Source of the DNA: Octopus sinensis | Lineage: Eukaryota | Direction of reading: 5' to 3' | Assembly (NCBI RefSeq): GCF_006345805.1 | Contig: NC_043016.1 | Coordinates: 20,522,001-20,586,000 of the forward strand | DNA length: 64,000 bases | In this document: one piece after another, positions 23,800 through 37,345 of the stretch | How the letters are laid out: every line of letters begins with the position of its first letter | Numbering within the stretch: position 1 is the first letter of the stretch | Notes under the pieces: generated by a model | What the model saw: only the letters and a program-made list of their open reading frames with translations | Databases searched by the model: none | Told to the model about the DNA's origin: nothing | Program-made: the position numbers and the translations under genes

Positions 23800-26495
23800 A
23801 ATTTGCTCATCCCAAGCCCCAGGCATGCTGCCCTCATCCTAATCACCCGAAGGCTAAGCAGAACAGATCACCACAAGACAAAAAGCGCAATAGCAAGACT
23901 CGAGATACAATACCACTGCCATGGAAGTATGTTGACGATAAGCGCAAAACTCCTAGAGGGAAACAGACAACTGATGCTGTGCAGTTGGCAGCTGCTCAAC
24001 AGCGGGCTTTTTTGGAAGGTGCACAGAAAATTGTGGAACAACTGACCTAGCTTCGCCAGACACCTGACATGCAAGGTGCATATCAATACCCATGTCCACC
24101 TCAAACAATAAAAAGGAACCAGGGTGGCCACCCCTGACACCACCACACATGCCGGACTCATGGACACCACCGACGTCCTGCTACTCACACCAATACTCTC
24201 TCTGAACATCAGGGGCCTTATAACACTCCACCAACGTAAAACACAATACCTAAGAGACCTTGTGACATGTAATCAAGCAATATGCGTGTCACTAACAGAA
24301 ACACACCTAAATGTAGATGTATCAGACGCCGAGGTACACATACCAGGGTATGTCATGCTACGAACCAACAGACGAGAAAGGTCTCATGGAGGAGTGGCAA
24401 TGTACATCCGAGATGATGGCACTCTTGTCGCACTCCAACACTGTATGTGATACTCTGGTAGTACACATTAAACAGATGAGGTTGGTAATATGTACCACAT
24501 ATCGCCCACCAGATGTACCAGATCATGAGAATTCATTTGAAGAGGGCCTCCAAACAATGAGAGATGTTTTGATAAATCTCGACGATCTGCACATGCTTCT
24601 CCTAGAGGATTTCAATCTCCCCCATATAAAATGGCCAGAGGGTTGTCCCCTTTCAAGTATGTCACTTCAAAATTGGAAGCATGCAGAGTCTTTGCTTGAC
24701 TTCACTGACACACTCTTTATGGAGCAGATGGTGCATCACCCTACAAGGGGAAAGAATATCCTGGACCTATGTTTCACAAACAGCTCGGCACTTACACATG
24801 ACATGAAAGTGACACCAATGCTTTTTTCGGACCATAATTTAATAGAATTAGTTATGTATGGATCACAAATGACTATAGACATACGAAATACTAGAAATGC
24901 TCATCTCACCTCTAGCCTGAATTTCCACAAAGCTGACTGGAAAGGCATTGAGAAAGAGGTCCTGAAATGTAACTGGTCCACCATCCTCTCTGGGGAAAAC
25001 ATTGACATGAAACTACAGAACTTCATGGCAACTATTTATGATATCTGCAGTAAGTTTACTCCAAAGAGAACACCAAATCAACAGGCAAAGAAAAATATAA
25101 TACCCAGAGATAGGAGGGTACTAATGAAATGAAGAGCAAAAATCTTAAACTGTCTGAAGGGACATCTAAAAGATTTCAAACGGCTCCACCTCGAATGCAC
25201 CTTGCTTGAGATTGAAAACACAATCATACATTCCCATGAAAAAGGAAAGGGCAGAAAAGGAAGCCAGGACTATAGATATGCGAAAGAATCTGTTTCAGTG
25301 CATTACAAAATAGAACTGCTACTAGATGAAAATGGCTCACCAACTGCAGACCCCCAGAGGATCAGTGAATTACTGAATGCACAATACAAGAGTGCTTTCT
25401 GCATACCAATGGGAAAACTATGAGTGACTGTGCCAAATAGGTTCTTTGACCCCGAAGACACACACTGTGAAATGGCAACTGTTGACCAACATAAAGGAAA
25501 CTGATGTGATATCAGCTATTGAAGAGCTGAGCTCGGCAACAGGCCCTGATGGATTCCCTGCAATCCTCCTAATAAATGTAAAAGAGTTCTAACTAGACTG
25601 CTTCAAATCCTTTTCCAGGAGTCCCTTAGGATGGGGAAACTCCCCAAAAAACTAAAAGAGGGAATAATATGCCCTATCCATAAGTGGGGATGCTGGGCAG
25701 AAGCTAGGAATTATAGACCTGTCTCCCTGACCTCCCATCTCAGTAAAGTCATGGACCACATAGTCAGGAAAAGACTGATTGAGTTCCTTGCTCTCTGACA
25801 TCCAGCATGGCTTTCGCCTGGGAAGGAGCTGTCTTACACAGCTTCTGCAACAATATGACTGAGTACTGAAGCAATTAATGAACTGCTCAATGGTGGATGT
25901 GGTATACCTCGATTTTGCTGAAGGCATTTGATAAGGTTGACCATGGAATGATATACCACAAAATACGGGAATTTGGCATCACCGGTAAAGTTGGAGAGTG
26001 GCTGCATGATTTCCTAAAAGACAGGAGCCAAACTGTAGCAGACAACAGAGCTCTCTCCACAGAGACACCGACAGTGAATGGAGTCCCCCAGGGCACTGTG
26101 CTGGGGCCACTGCTTTTCATGGTAGCCCTATCGGATATGTCATCAGTGACAGAGGTAGCCAAGCTTACCAGCTATGCTGACAGCACAAAAGTCACACAGG
26201 CAGTCAAGGAAACCTCTGATGCTATGCTCTTGCAGAAAGATCTAGATGTTGTCTATACATGGGCTGTGGATAACAAAATGCAATTTAATGCAAGTAAATT
26301 CCAGGCCATCCGCTACCAGTTAAGCACTGCTCAGGAATCATGACATCAGTACGTTGGACCAAGTGGAGCAACGATCCCAGAATCAAATACAGTGTGTGAT
26401 CTTGAAATAGAAATGAACAACAATGCCTCATTTCACGCACGTCAACAAAATGGTAGCAGCATGCAGAAGACTGGCCTGTTGGATTCTGAGAACCA
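23800..26495 (+). mobile_element. CR1-group LINE (APE plus RT), frameshifted, 3' end replaced by an RTE
   Basis: APE motifs (SLNIRGL, SLTETHL, GGVAMYI, YRPP, EDFNLP, NILDLCF, SDH) and RT motifs (KAFDKVDH, GVPQGTVLGPLLF, SYADS). Many stops. Confidence 0.9.
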
Positions 26496-28400
26496 ACAAA
26501 TTGTTGGATCAGGTAATGCATGTCACAGAGAGGGTCATAGCTCAACTAATTAGGGAGTGAGTCAGTTTAGTTGAGATGCAGTTTGGATTTGTGCCAAGAA
26601 AAAGCACCACTGATGCTATATTTCTGGTAAGATAGCTGCTGCAGAAATACCTAGCCAAAGATAAACCTCTGTACCTGGCTTTCATTGACATGGAGAAAGC
26701 CTTTGACAGGGTCCCCTGATCCCTTATCTGGTGGTCAATGAGAAAACTAGGGATAGATGAATGGTTAGTGAGAGCTGTGCAAGACATGTACAGGGACGCT
26801 GTCAGTAAGGTGAGAGTTGGCAACAAGTACAGTGAAGAATTCCGGGTAGAGGTAGGTATCCACCAAGGTTCAGTCCTCAGCTTCCTCCTATTTATCATAG
26901 TCCTCCAGACAACAACAGAGGAATTTAAGACATGATGCCCCTGGGAGCTCCTCTATGCTGACGACCTTGCTCTAATTGCTAAGTCACTATCAGAACTAGA
27001 GGAGAAGTTTCAAGTGTGGAAACAAGGATTAGAATTGAAGGGCCTTAGAGTCAACCTAGCTTAAACCAAAGTCCAAATAAGTAGGAAGGCAGGCAAACCA
27101 CAAATCCCTTCAGGTAGATGGCCCTGCTCAATCTGTAGAAAAGGCGTAGGTAGAAACTCTATAAGATGTACCCAGTGTGAGCTATGGACACATAAGAGGT
27201 GCAGCAGTATCAAAGGAAGGCTAACTAGGAAGATAGTTTTTGTATGTGGCAGATGCTCAGGAGCAATAAATACTGAAAATGTGCAGAGAACAACTTCTGC
27301 CACATCACACAAAGAAAAACTAGAAGTAGCTTCTGTTACCTAGGTGACCAAGTCAGTAGTGGGGGAGGGTGCACTAAAAGTGTAGCTGCTAGAATAAGAA
27401 TAGCCTGGGCAAAGTTCAGAGAGCTCTTACCTCTGCTGGTGACAAAGGGCCTCTCGCTCAGAGTAAAAGGTAGATTGTATGAACAGCCATGCTACATGGC
27501 AGTGAAACATGGGCCATGACAGCTGAGGATATGTGTAAGCTTGCAAGGAATGAAGCCAGTATGCTCCAATGGATGTGTAATGTCTGTGCATACTTAACAG
27601 AGTGTAAGTACCTTGAGAGGAAAGTTGGACCTAAGAAGCATCAGATGTGGTGTGCAAGAGAGACGACTGTGCTGGTATGGTCATGTGGTGAGAATGGATG
27701 AGGATAGCTGTGTGAAAAGTGCCACACCATAGTGGTTGAGGGAACCTGTGGAAGAGGTAGACCCAGGAAGACCTGGGATGAGGTGGTGAAGCATGACCTT
27801 TGAACATTGGGCCTCACTGAGGCAATGACTAGTGACTGGGACCTTTGGAAATATGCTGTGCTTGAGAAAACTCGGCAAGCTCAAGTGAGACCATAACCTT
27901 GTGGCCTATGCCAGGGGTGAACCAGCCCACTTATGAGTACCGTTCCTTCATTGGACACTAAACTCTGCTTGCAAAGACCTGTTGAGGCGAGTGAAATCGA
28001 AATCAAAATTCGATGACTGGCACCCGTGCTAGTGGAGCGCTAAGAGTACCGTCCGAGTGTGATTGTTGCCAGAAGAGCTAGCTGGCCTCCATGCCAGTGG
28101 CACATAAAAAACACCATTCGAGCGTGATCATTACCTGCATCGCCTTACTGGCACTTGTGCTGGTGGCACGTGAAAAAAACATTTGAGCGAGATTGTTGCC
28201 AGTGCCGCTGGACTGGCTCTTGTGCAGGTGGCACATAAAAAGCACCATTTGAGCATGGCCATTGCCAGTACCACTTGACTGGCCCTCGTGCCAGTGGCAC
28301 GTAAAAGTACCCTCTACACTCTTGGAGTGGTTGGCATTAGGAAGGGCATCCAACTGTAGAAACTCTGGCAGATCAAGTTTGGAGCCTGGTGCAGCCATCT
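26496..28400 (+). mobile_element. RTE LINE 3' half (RT, C-terminus, repeat-containing UTR)
   Basis: KLLDQVM..ERVIAQLI, QFGFVP.KSTTDAIF, DMEKAFD, GIHQGSVLS.LLF, YADDL, LHGSETWA. The UTR is identical in family to the dispersed (GAT)n-tailed fragments. Confidence 0.9.
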
Positions 28401-28989
28401 GGTTCGCCAGTCCTCAGTTAATTGCATGATAACAATTTTTATAATCTAAAGGCCAACTCCTTGAATAAATTAAAACATTCCAGGCTGAATCTGGAACTGC
28501 AATCCTGAAAGTTTGGATTCTTATGTTTTCATTACTGAAATTGTTTTCTGCGATTTTTTTTTACATGATTTTTTGCAGCAAATATGATCATCATTGGGAT
28601 ATGGATCTGGAGGAAGTAATTGCAACAAATTCTCCAACACTAGATCTGTTTGCAGATCTTCCCATTTGGGGTAAGTTGCTTAAAAGCTATATACTAGCTT
28701 AAAAGTTGCCTGCTAGGGCAGCTTGTAAGCTAGTATATATATATATCTAGCAAAAACTGTTCGATGAACGGCAACGGGAAACTCAGAGTAACAGGTTTTG
28801 TTAAATTTTCTGCTGCTTTAAATAAAGTATATATATATATATATATATATATCATCATCATCATCATCATCATCATCATCGTTTAACGTCCGTTTTCCGC
28901 GCTAGCACGGGTTGGACGGTTCGACCGGGGTCTGGGAAACCAGGGGCTGCTCCAGGCTCCAGTCTGATCTAAATAATGTTAGCCAAACA

Positions 28990-29580
28990 TACGTAAAATT
29001 AGTTTGCTTCAAACCACATCCATAGACAGACCTTGAATGAAATTGCATAAAGTACGGGTTGAAAATAAGTGGATGTAAATGCACTTGCGAGTTTTCTTGG
29101 TTTTTGGTTCAAAATATAAAACAGTCATCCAAATACCATTTCCAATTGCTTTTTTTTGTTGTATAAATGGAGAATTGCTCATAAAATGTTTCTGTTAGTT
29201 GGGAACAGAGTTTGACCTCTACATTATGAGTGTTGCATAAGTGGGGGCTACTTTTCCCACCATCGCCATTCCTTTTATTTGAAAGTCGTGGTTGAAGAAG
29301 AAGTGATTATATTCCAGTATTAATTTTATCCTTCTAAAATGAAGGTTTTTGAGAATCTTTCCATGATATGATTCAGGTGCTTTGTTAACCAGAAATTATA
29401 GCTTCAATTTCTAGGTCATGTGGAATATTAGTGTATAGACTAGTTACATCAAAACCAACAAGAATTGACTCCTGCTGGACATTTTTGGGTATGTAGTTTA
29501 AAAAGTCCATATTGTCCTGGATATAGCTTGGTATCATTTTGCACAAAAGTTTGAACTATATATATAATAAGTTGCTGATC
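28990..29580 (-). mobile_element. Penelope-like reverse transcriptase fragment
   Basis: Minus strand, frameshifted: ILVGFDVTSLYTNIP, QIKGMAM.GK.APTYA, W.WYLDDCFI. Confidence 0.8.
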
Positions 29581-29682
29581 AAATGCATGTATGTGTAGTG
29601 TAGATCTACATATGCGTGTGTATATGCATATGTTTGTATATTTGTACATGTGTGTATGTATATATATATATATATGTGTGTG

Positions 29683-29714
<32 letters not shown>

Positions 29715-30057
29715 ATACATTATATATATACACACATACACACACACACACATATAAATGTAGGGTAGTGGTACAACAATGCACCAATATTTACTGGAAA
29801 TAGCAGTCAATAATATACGATGCTATAGTAAAGCTTCACTGTATATATACACTGGCAAAGATGTGGTGAGTGGCAAACATTAAAAAATTTCATCTCACCT
29901 GAAGGAAGAACACTAGATAAATGTACAACCCAGATGTGGATAATCTAGGACTGAGGTTTTGAACTTTCCAAATTACCCTTGTTAATGTAAATTTGATTAG
30001 TTCTCTTCAGCTAGATTCATCTAGACAAAATTTCAAATGTTACTACATCAATGCCAG

Positions 30058-30229
30058 TATTCTGTTGTGTCTGGGGAGAGTCATTTTCTTTTTGTGCCTT
30101 ATAATATAACACACTCACTGGTAAAATTTTAGGAAAATAAAAATAAGAAAAAAGTGGAAATTTTCCCAGTGAGTGTGTTATATTATAAGGCACAAAAAGA
30201 AAATGACTCTCCCCAGACACAACAGAATA
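30058..30229. repeat. Perfect 64-bp inverted repeat with 44-nt spacer
   Basis: 30058-30121 is the exact reverse complement of 30166-30229. Confidence 0.95.
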
Positions 30230-30527
30230 TGCTTCAACACACAAACTCATATAAAGAATCTGGCAAACCAAATCCAAAAATGAAATGCCAATATTACTTG
30301 TCTGAATGCCTGACCGTTAACCGATGGAGAATAGTGAAAAAGTTTTCAAAGAAAAAATTATGAAACAGTGCAATACAGTAGTATTGCTTCCCGGTAAAAC
30401 AAAGCACCATCAGGTTAAAGTATAAATGTAGTATAGTGGTACAACAATGCACCAATATTTACTGGAAACAGCTGTTGATAATATACGATGCTATACATGT
30501 GTGTGTTTATGTGTATGTATTTGTATG

Positions 30528-30560
<33 letters not shown>

Positions 30561-30566
<6 letters not shown>

Positions 30567-30912
30567 ATAATAATATAATAATGTTCGTCCTTCGGTTCGA
30601 AGATGACCAACTGACATCAACTGATGGTACTGCCGCCATGAGACCAGAGGTGGCTGGTGAGGCCAATCCGGGCAAGGAAGCCCCTCCCACAGGTGGGGTA
30701 GAAGTGGGTAGGGGCCGTGCTACTGGTGCAGGCGGCTCTGTCTTTACGCATCTGACGTTTCTGCTCCGCTGACCGAATCCGTCCCTCCTTGGCTGTCCCT
30801 GCTCCCACGGTGATTGCGCTGCGCCAGGATGAGTGGTTGGCAGCAAGTGTCTCCCAGGTCTCTGTTCCGATGGAAAAGTCTTTGAGAGAGACCTTGAGAC
30901 TATCCTTGTAGC
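30561..30912 (-). mobile_element. RTE-BovB-like LINE 3' end
   Basis: Minus frame RYKDSLKVSLKDFSIGTETWETLAANHSSWRSAI...PTCGRGFLARIGLTSHL, a BovB-type C-terminal zinc-finger-like end. (TTA)n tail. GC-rich and open. Confidence 0.8.
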
Positions 30913-30924
30913 GCTATACATATC

Positions 30925-31555
30925 ATCATCATCATCATCATCATCATTTAGCGTTCGTTTTCCATGCTAGCATGGGTTGGACGGTTCTACTGGGGTCTGT
31001 GAAGCCAGAAGGCTTCATCAGGCCCAGTCAAATCTGGCAGTGTTTCTACGGCTGGATGCCCTTCCTAACGCCAACCACTCTGTGAGTGTAGTGGGTGCTT
31101 TTTACGTGCCACCGCACTGGTGCCAGACAGAGCTGGCAAACGGCCACGAACGGATGGTGCTTTTTATGTGCCACCGGCACGAGGGCCAGGCGAGGCTGGC
31201 AACGGACACGAAACGGGGCGGTGCTGGCAACGGTCGCGAAACGGAAAGTTCTCTTACATGCCACCGGCACTGGTAACACATCTGCAATTTCCATTGATCG
31301 ATTTCCATTGATCGATTTCGATTCTGATCCTCACTTGCCTCAATGGGTCTTCACAAGCAGAGTTTCGACATGCCACCGGCACTGGTAGCACATCCGCAAT
31401 TTCCATTGATCGATTTCGATTCTGATCCTCACTTGCCTCAACACGTCTTCACAAGTAGAGTTTTGTGTCCCAAGAAGGGAAGGTATGCATACGTAGGTTG
31501 GCTCCATCCCATGTAGAAGGCCACGGGTTGTGGACTCACTTGTCCTGCCAGGTCA
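30925..31555 (-). mobile_element. RTE 3' UTR with internal ~110-bp tandem duplication
   Basis: Family tail; catgccaccggcactggt...gattctgatcctcacttgcctcaa repeated at ~31258 and ~31369. Confidence 0.85.
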
Positions 31556-31959
31556 TATGTGTGTGTATATATGTACATGCAAAGGTATAAGAGTTAAGAG
31601 GCTTGTATGTATATTAGTATATGTATGTGTATATGTGTGTGTGTGTTTGAGAACTGAACAGGTGACCTCAAATTAGTCAGCACCCTACCTGTCACCTTTT
31701 GACAAGTCACAACAATATTGACCCCTCTAAAATATCTCATTTCTTTATTCTTGATGTACTTAACTCTCCTTCCCCCTCTGTGCCCAATTACTATTAGCCT
31801 TATCTTTATCTTTACTTTTATAATTATTTATATTTTTATCTTTATTTCATTTACTTATTTTTCATCTTCTTCTTTGCCTTCTTTCTTCCTTCTTCTTCTT
31901 CTTCTCCTCCAAATAAATTCAGTTGTGATATGAAAATGCAAATGGTATTAGACAAATAT

Positions 31960-33015
31960 GCTGAGTAGCAAATGACTTAAACTGACAAAAAATGAAATTT
32001 TGGGACTGAATCCATGGAATTAAACTAGATCTCCCAATACAAATAAATACATGAGATGACCAAGTCAGTAGCCGAGGTGGGTGCTCCAAGAGCTTAGCTG
32101 CTACAATAAGAATAGGCTGGGTAAAGTTCAGAAAGCTCCTACCTCTGTTGGTAACAGAGGGTCTTTCCTTCAGAGTGATAGCACATTGTTTGATGCCTGT
32201 GTGCAAACAGCTATGCTTCATGGCAGTGAAATATGAGCTGTGGCTGTTGAGGATATGCATAGGCTTGAAAGAAATGAAGCCAGTATGCTTCACTGGATGG
32301 AGAGAAAAGTTGGGGATAAGAGGCATCAGATGTTGAGCAAGAGAGACAACTGCATTGGTATTGTCATGTGATGCAGATGAATGTGGATAGCTGTTTGAAG
32401 AAGTGCTAATTTCTAACTGGAGGGAACCTGTGGAAGAGGGAAACCGAGGAAGACACAGGATAAGGTGGTGAAGCTTTATTTTTGAACATTGGGTCTCATA
32501 GAAGCAATGACTAGTGACCAAGACCTTTGGTGATATACTGTGCTTGAAGAGGCCTGTCAAACCAAGTGAAATTATAGTTGTGGCTGTCGTCGATGTCATG
32601 TAACTGGCACCCATGCTGGTAGCATGTAAAAAGCACCTTTCGAGCATTGGTTCTCACAGAGGCAATGTGACTGATACTGTTGTTATGTAAAAAAGCACCC
32701 TTCGAGCATTGGGCTTCATGGAGGCAATGACAGATGACTGAGACCTTTGGCAATATGCTGTGCTTGAGAAGAAGACCCATCAAGCCAAGTGAAATTGTAG
32801 TCGTGGCAGATACTGGGGTCACACAACGGGCACCTATGCTAGTAGCATGTAAAAGCACCCATTACACTATTGGAGTGGTTGATGTTAGAAAGGGCATCCA
32901 GCCATAGAAACCATGCCAAATCAAATGGGAGTATGGTGCAGCTCCTCAGCCCTGGTCAAATTGTTCAACCCATGTCAACATGGACAATGGATGTTAAATG
33001 ATGATGATGATGAAA
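31960..33015 (+). mobile_element. Decayed RTE 3' portion
   Basis: Aligns with 27340-28390; (GAT)n tail at ~33000. Confidence 0.8.
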
Positions 33016-33604
33016 CTAAAAGATACAACGCAAAAATAAAGGAAAAATAAGATGTGTACTCTGGAAAAGTCTGGCTAATAAATCTGAACTTAATGCTAGA
33101 AGTAAGGTATTGGTTAAATATGCTAGCTGTAGCTGCCCAGTCATAAATAACAGCTTTAGCTCAGTAAATAGAAAAGTCAAAGTAAGAAAATTAGAGAACT
33201 ACTAATTGCATCCAGAATCCACTTGAGTGAAGCTGATACAGATGATACACCTATCCGTACACAAGGAAGACAAAGCCCCATAAAAATAGAGTTATTAAAA
33301 AGTAACAATAGCATGTGTAGAAAAATACTTAGAAGCAAGCAAAATTAGTTTAATACAGGGACAGAAAGAAACTTTCATTATTATCAAGGGTGGTGGATTG
33401 GCAGAATTGGTAGCATATTTAACATATTTTTTGCAATATTTCTTCTAGCTCTTTACATTTTGTGTTCAAATCCTACTGATGTCAACTTTAACTTACATTT
33501 TATTCAGTGTTTACAAAATAATGTACTGGGTTCTATTTAATTGAATAACCCCACTCCCACAAAATTTTCCACTTCTTGCCCTTGTAAGAAATTAATATTG
33601 CTCT

Positions 33605-33988
33605 TTACTCTCTTTTACTTGCTTCAGTCCTTTGACTGTGGCCATGCTGGAGCACCGCCTTTAGCCAAGCAAATTGACCCCAGGACTTATTCTTTGTAAG
33701 CCTAGTACTTATTCTATCGGTCTCTTTTGCCAAACCGCCAAGTTATGGGGACGTAAACACACCAGCATCGGTTGTCAAGCAATATTAGGGGGGACAAACA
33801 CACACACACATATATATACATACATATATACCACAGGCTTTTTTCAGTTTCCGTCTACCAAATCCACTCACAAGGCTTTGGTCAGCCTGAGGCTATAATA
33901 GAAGACACTTGCCCAATGTGCCATGCAGTGGGACTGAACCCAGAACCATGTGGTTTGTAAACAAGCTACTTACCACACAGCCACTCCT
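33605..33988 (-). mobile_element. tRNA-derived SINE, family A
   Basis: Reverse complement of the 17305-17697 copy. Confidence 0.85.
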
Positions 33989-35574
33989 ATTGCCATTATC
34001 ATCTTTATTATTTCCTCCCATTGTTTTACTATGCTTAGTAATTCCAAGAAATTTTAAGAATTTTTTTCTTCTCTTTTTTAAAACTTTTCTTTCATTTCCT
34101 ATCATTGTGCCCTAAAATCTGTATAATGCTGGTGTCCATGTATTTTATCTGTTCTTTTTTTGTAATACCTTTACTCTGACACTTTGCCTTTACCTTCTGT
34201 TTCCGTCATTTAATTCTTCTTCTTTACATGGTGACCTTTCATTTCTTCCTCCTTACTCATAAACTTCTAGCATATGTTCCATAAAAGAACAGGCATGAAT
34301 TTCAGAAAAAAAAAAGGTTTATTTTTATATTGCTGTCTTTGTTCCGAAATCAAATCTTTTAAAACCCTACTGTTAATAAGTTTCATCACTATTGTCATTA
34401 TCCATGTATAATAAACTACAAACTAAAAAGTTATGGATTTAGAATCCAAGGAAACTGATAGAGGTTTGCATTGACAAAATTAATTATGATTGAAGAAGGC
34501 ATATGATGATTTGCCTTTCAGCAACCATGATATATCAACCTCAATATCCTCTCTCTCTCTCTCTCTCCTACACACACGTCTGAAACACTGGATTTTTTAC
34601 TCCTCATATCAAAGCAATGTGTCTACTTTTTCTACAATTTTATATAAGATAATTACACTGAAGAAAAATCAGAATGAAACTCTTCCAAAAATGAAGTCTT
34701 GAAATGAAAAAGACAGCAACTTGTTACATCATTTTATTACAAAATAATTTATAGTATATATTGCAACAATATATAATTTACACTATATATTGCAACAATA
34801 TTTATATATATTCAAATATGCTGCTTTATAAACTAACTTTTAAATTCTTTTTCTAATTTTTAATTATGCTTTAAAAGAAAAATTAGATAACATATTTCTA
34901 TGATATTGCATAAGAAGTCACACTTAAGAGTTACTATTAGCCACAGTGTGATGACATTTGTATTGCTACTAAAGTTTTAATATTATTCAAAATGAAAAGA
35001 TGTATATAAAGCAGCTTATAAATACCTTTTATATAGAAACAGTTGACTGAAAAAGTCTGTGTGAATAAGTTTGATATAACAGCAAAATCATTTATTAAAA
35101 AGCAGCAATAGGTTAAAAAAAAACCCTTACTCACAAGAGTGGATTTACTTCTAAGAAGGTGGATATATAATGAAACATAAAAACAGGTTGAGAACTGTTC
35201 CAGTATTGCTTCGGGAGTTGCATATATAGATATTTATAGGAGCACACCTTTGATGCAGGTCTGAAGAAGTGCCACTCTAATGTTTAAAACTGCAAATATT
35301 ACATAAATTTCACTTGGAACTTTTGCATCAGCCGGTTTTGAAAACAGTATTGGTATAGAAACAATTGTAACTGATCATTAAAGTTGTGTTGAAGTCTTTC
35401 TTTGTCTACTTAAATGGATTATATTTTATTCATCGTTAAACTCACACAAAGTTGTGTGAAACCAGGATTTTCTATACCTGAAGATTTTCGATATTAGTCT
35501 GGAATCTGAGAGTGTAGACAGCCTAAAGCTTGGGTTGACTGCTGCTTGGGAAATACCCTTTCTTTCTACCTTCC

Positions 35575-35724
<150 letters not shown>

Positions 35725-36037
35725 GTGTGTGTGGTATTTTGTATATTTCTTTATATTCCAAAATATGTTAGTTTATTTATTGGTCTCATATTAGTCTGAT
35801 TGTATGTTTATCTAACTGACTTTGATAAAAAAAAAACAAAAAAAAATTAATATTAATCTCACGTGATTCAATATTGCTACAGATATAAATCCTTTTATAT
35901 TGATTTTTTGTGTATGTATGAACACTTGCTGATAACTGGGTGTATAAATACTGTGGCATGAATATGTATGTATAAATATTGTTTTATAAATGTATGTTTG
36001 TGGATGAGTTTCATAAAAAAAAAAAAAAAGGTAAAAT

Positions 36038-36234
36038 TCAGTTTAATGAAGAACTTGGATGAGAATCATTTTTGCTGTTGCTCTTATGGTCTGTATCTTT
36101 GTTTTCCAGCTGGTGAAGTTTTGACAACAAATGCTCTTTCCATTTATCTTCAGGAATGTTAAGGGCCCACTCAGGAATGTTACCTACTGGTAATTGAAAA
36201 CCTTTCATGGCATCTCTGACCTTTTCTTCTTGAT
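36038..36234 (-). CDS. MEA1: MEA1 (male-enhanced antigen 1) last coding exon
   Basis: Acceptor tttctttttacag| at 36235, phase 1: (N)QEEKVRDAMKGFQLPVGNIPEWALNIPEDKWKEHLLSKL...stop. Matches the MEA1 C-terminal signature (M.GF.LP...IP.WA..I....W). Confidence 0.88.
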
Positions 36235-36305
36235 CTGTAAAAAGAAATAAAATGAATTGTTTAATTTTATTATACACACACACACACACATATATATATA
36301 TTATA

Positions 36306-37181
36306 CACGAAGTCTGATCAATAAGTATCTGGACTTTTGCCATAGTAACGAAACCAAAGCATGCAGAGGAAAGCTGCTTGGCAGAGATTAACCTTGAACT
36401 CTGCTGTGCATGTGTACTAAGTTTTAACATTCTATCTCACTTCCATTGTTTACAGCAGTGCTTGGAAGGAAAGTGTGTAGTGTGTGATTGTTACATTGAC
36501 CATGGCAGAAAAAAGTTGTCATGGTGATACCTGCTCAGAGGCCAAGGCAAAGTTGCAGAAAGTGCATGGAGAGGAGTGTATGAGCTGCACACAAGTGTAC
36601 GAGTGGTTCAGACATTTCCAAGATGGCTAAAAAAATGTCAATATTGATTAATGTTCTGGGAGACGCACAACCAGCAGAACTGAGAAAAAACATTGCAATG
36701 TGCGTGCAACTTTGAGAGGAAACGTTGAATCACCATTCGTTGTCAGAGTATGTGCAGATTAGTTACGGTTCAGTTCAGTCTGTTATCACTGAAGATTTGA
36801 GTATGAGATGCATGTCTGCCAAGTTTGTGCCAAAACTACTTTCAGTTAACTGAAAAAACACTCGGAGTTTCAGTTGCACAAGATCTTGTTTGTGTTGAGA
36901 TCGATGAAAACTTTCTGAAAACTCTGCATAGGCCTCTAAGCTTTTGGCAAAATTTGATGCAGATTCTCTGCTGATCTTTCTCTCTCATGGTCAATGTGAT
37001 GATCACATGCTACACACCTTCCTTCCAAGCACTGCTGTAAACAGTGGAAGTGAGGTATAATGTTAAAATATAGTGTGCGTGCATAGCAGAGCTGAAGGTC
37101 AATCTTTGCCAAGCGGCTTTACTATGTATGGTTTAGATTCATTACTATGGCAACAGTTTGGATACCTATTGATCAGACCAC
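36306..37181. mobile_element. Mariner-derived fold-back element
   Basis: Left TA|CACGAAGTCTGATCAATAAGTATC. Transposase N-terminal remnant (LQKVHGEECMSCTQVYEWFRHFQDG). 36960-37181 is an inverted copy of 36306-36520. Confidence 0.85.
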
Positions 37182-37203
37182 ACACACACACATATATATT
37201 TAA

Positions 37204-37345
37204 AGGCGGTGAGCTGGCAGAAACGTTAGCATGCCTGGCGAAATACTTAGCGGTATTTTGTCTGCCGCTACGTTCTGAGTTGAAATTCCGCCGAGGTCGA
37301 CTTTGCCTTTCATCCTTTCGGGTTCAATAAATTAAGCACCAGTTA
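37204..37345 (+). mobile_element. tRNA-derived SINE, family B (3'-truncated)
   Basis: ggcggtgagctggcagaaacgttagc...gaggtcgactttgcctttcatcc. Confidence 0.8.

Noticed and set aside
36235-36430. N-terminal part of the 130-aa ORF 36038-36430
   Set aside because: Intronic: it spans the polypyrimidine tract, a microsatellite and the mariner end.
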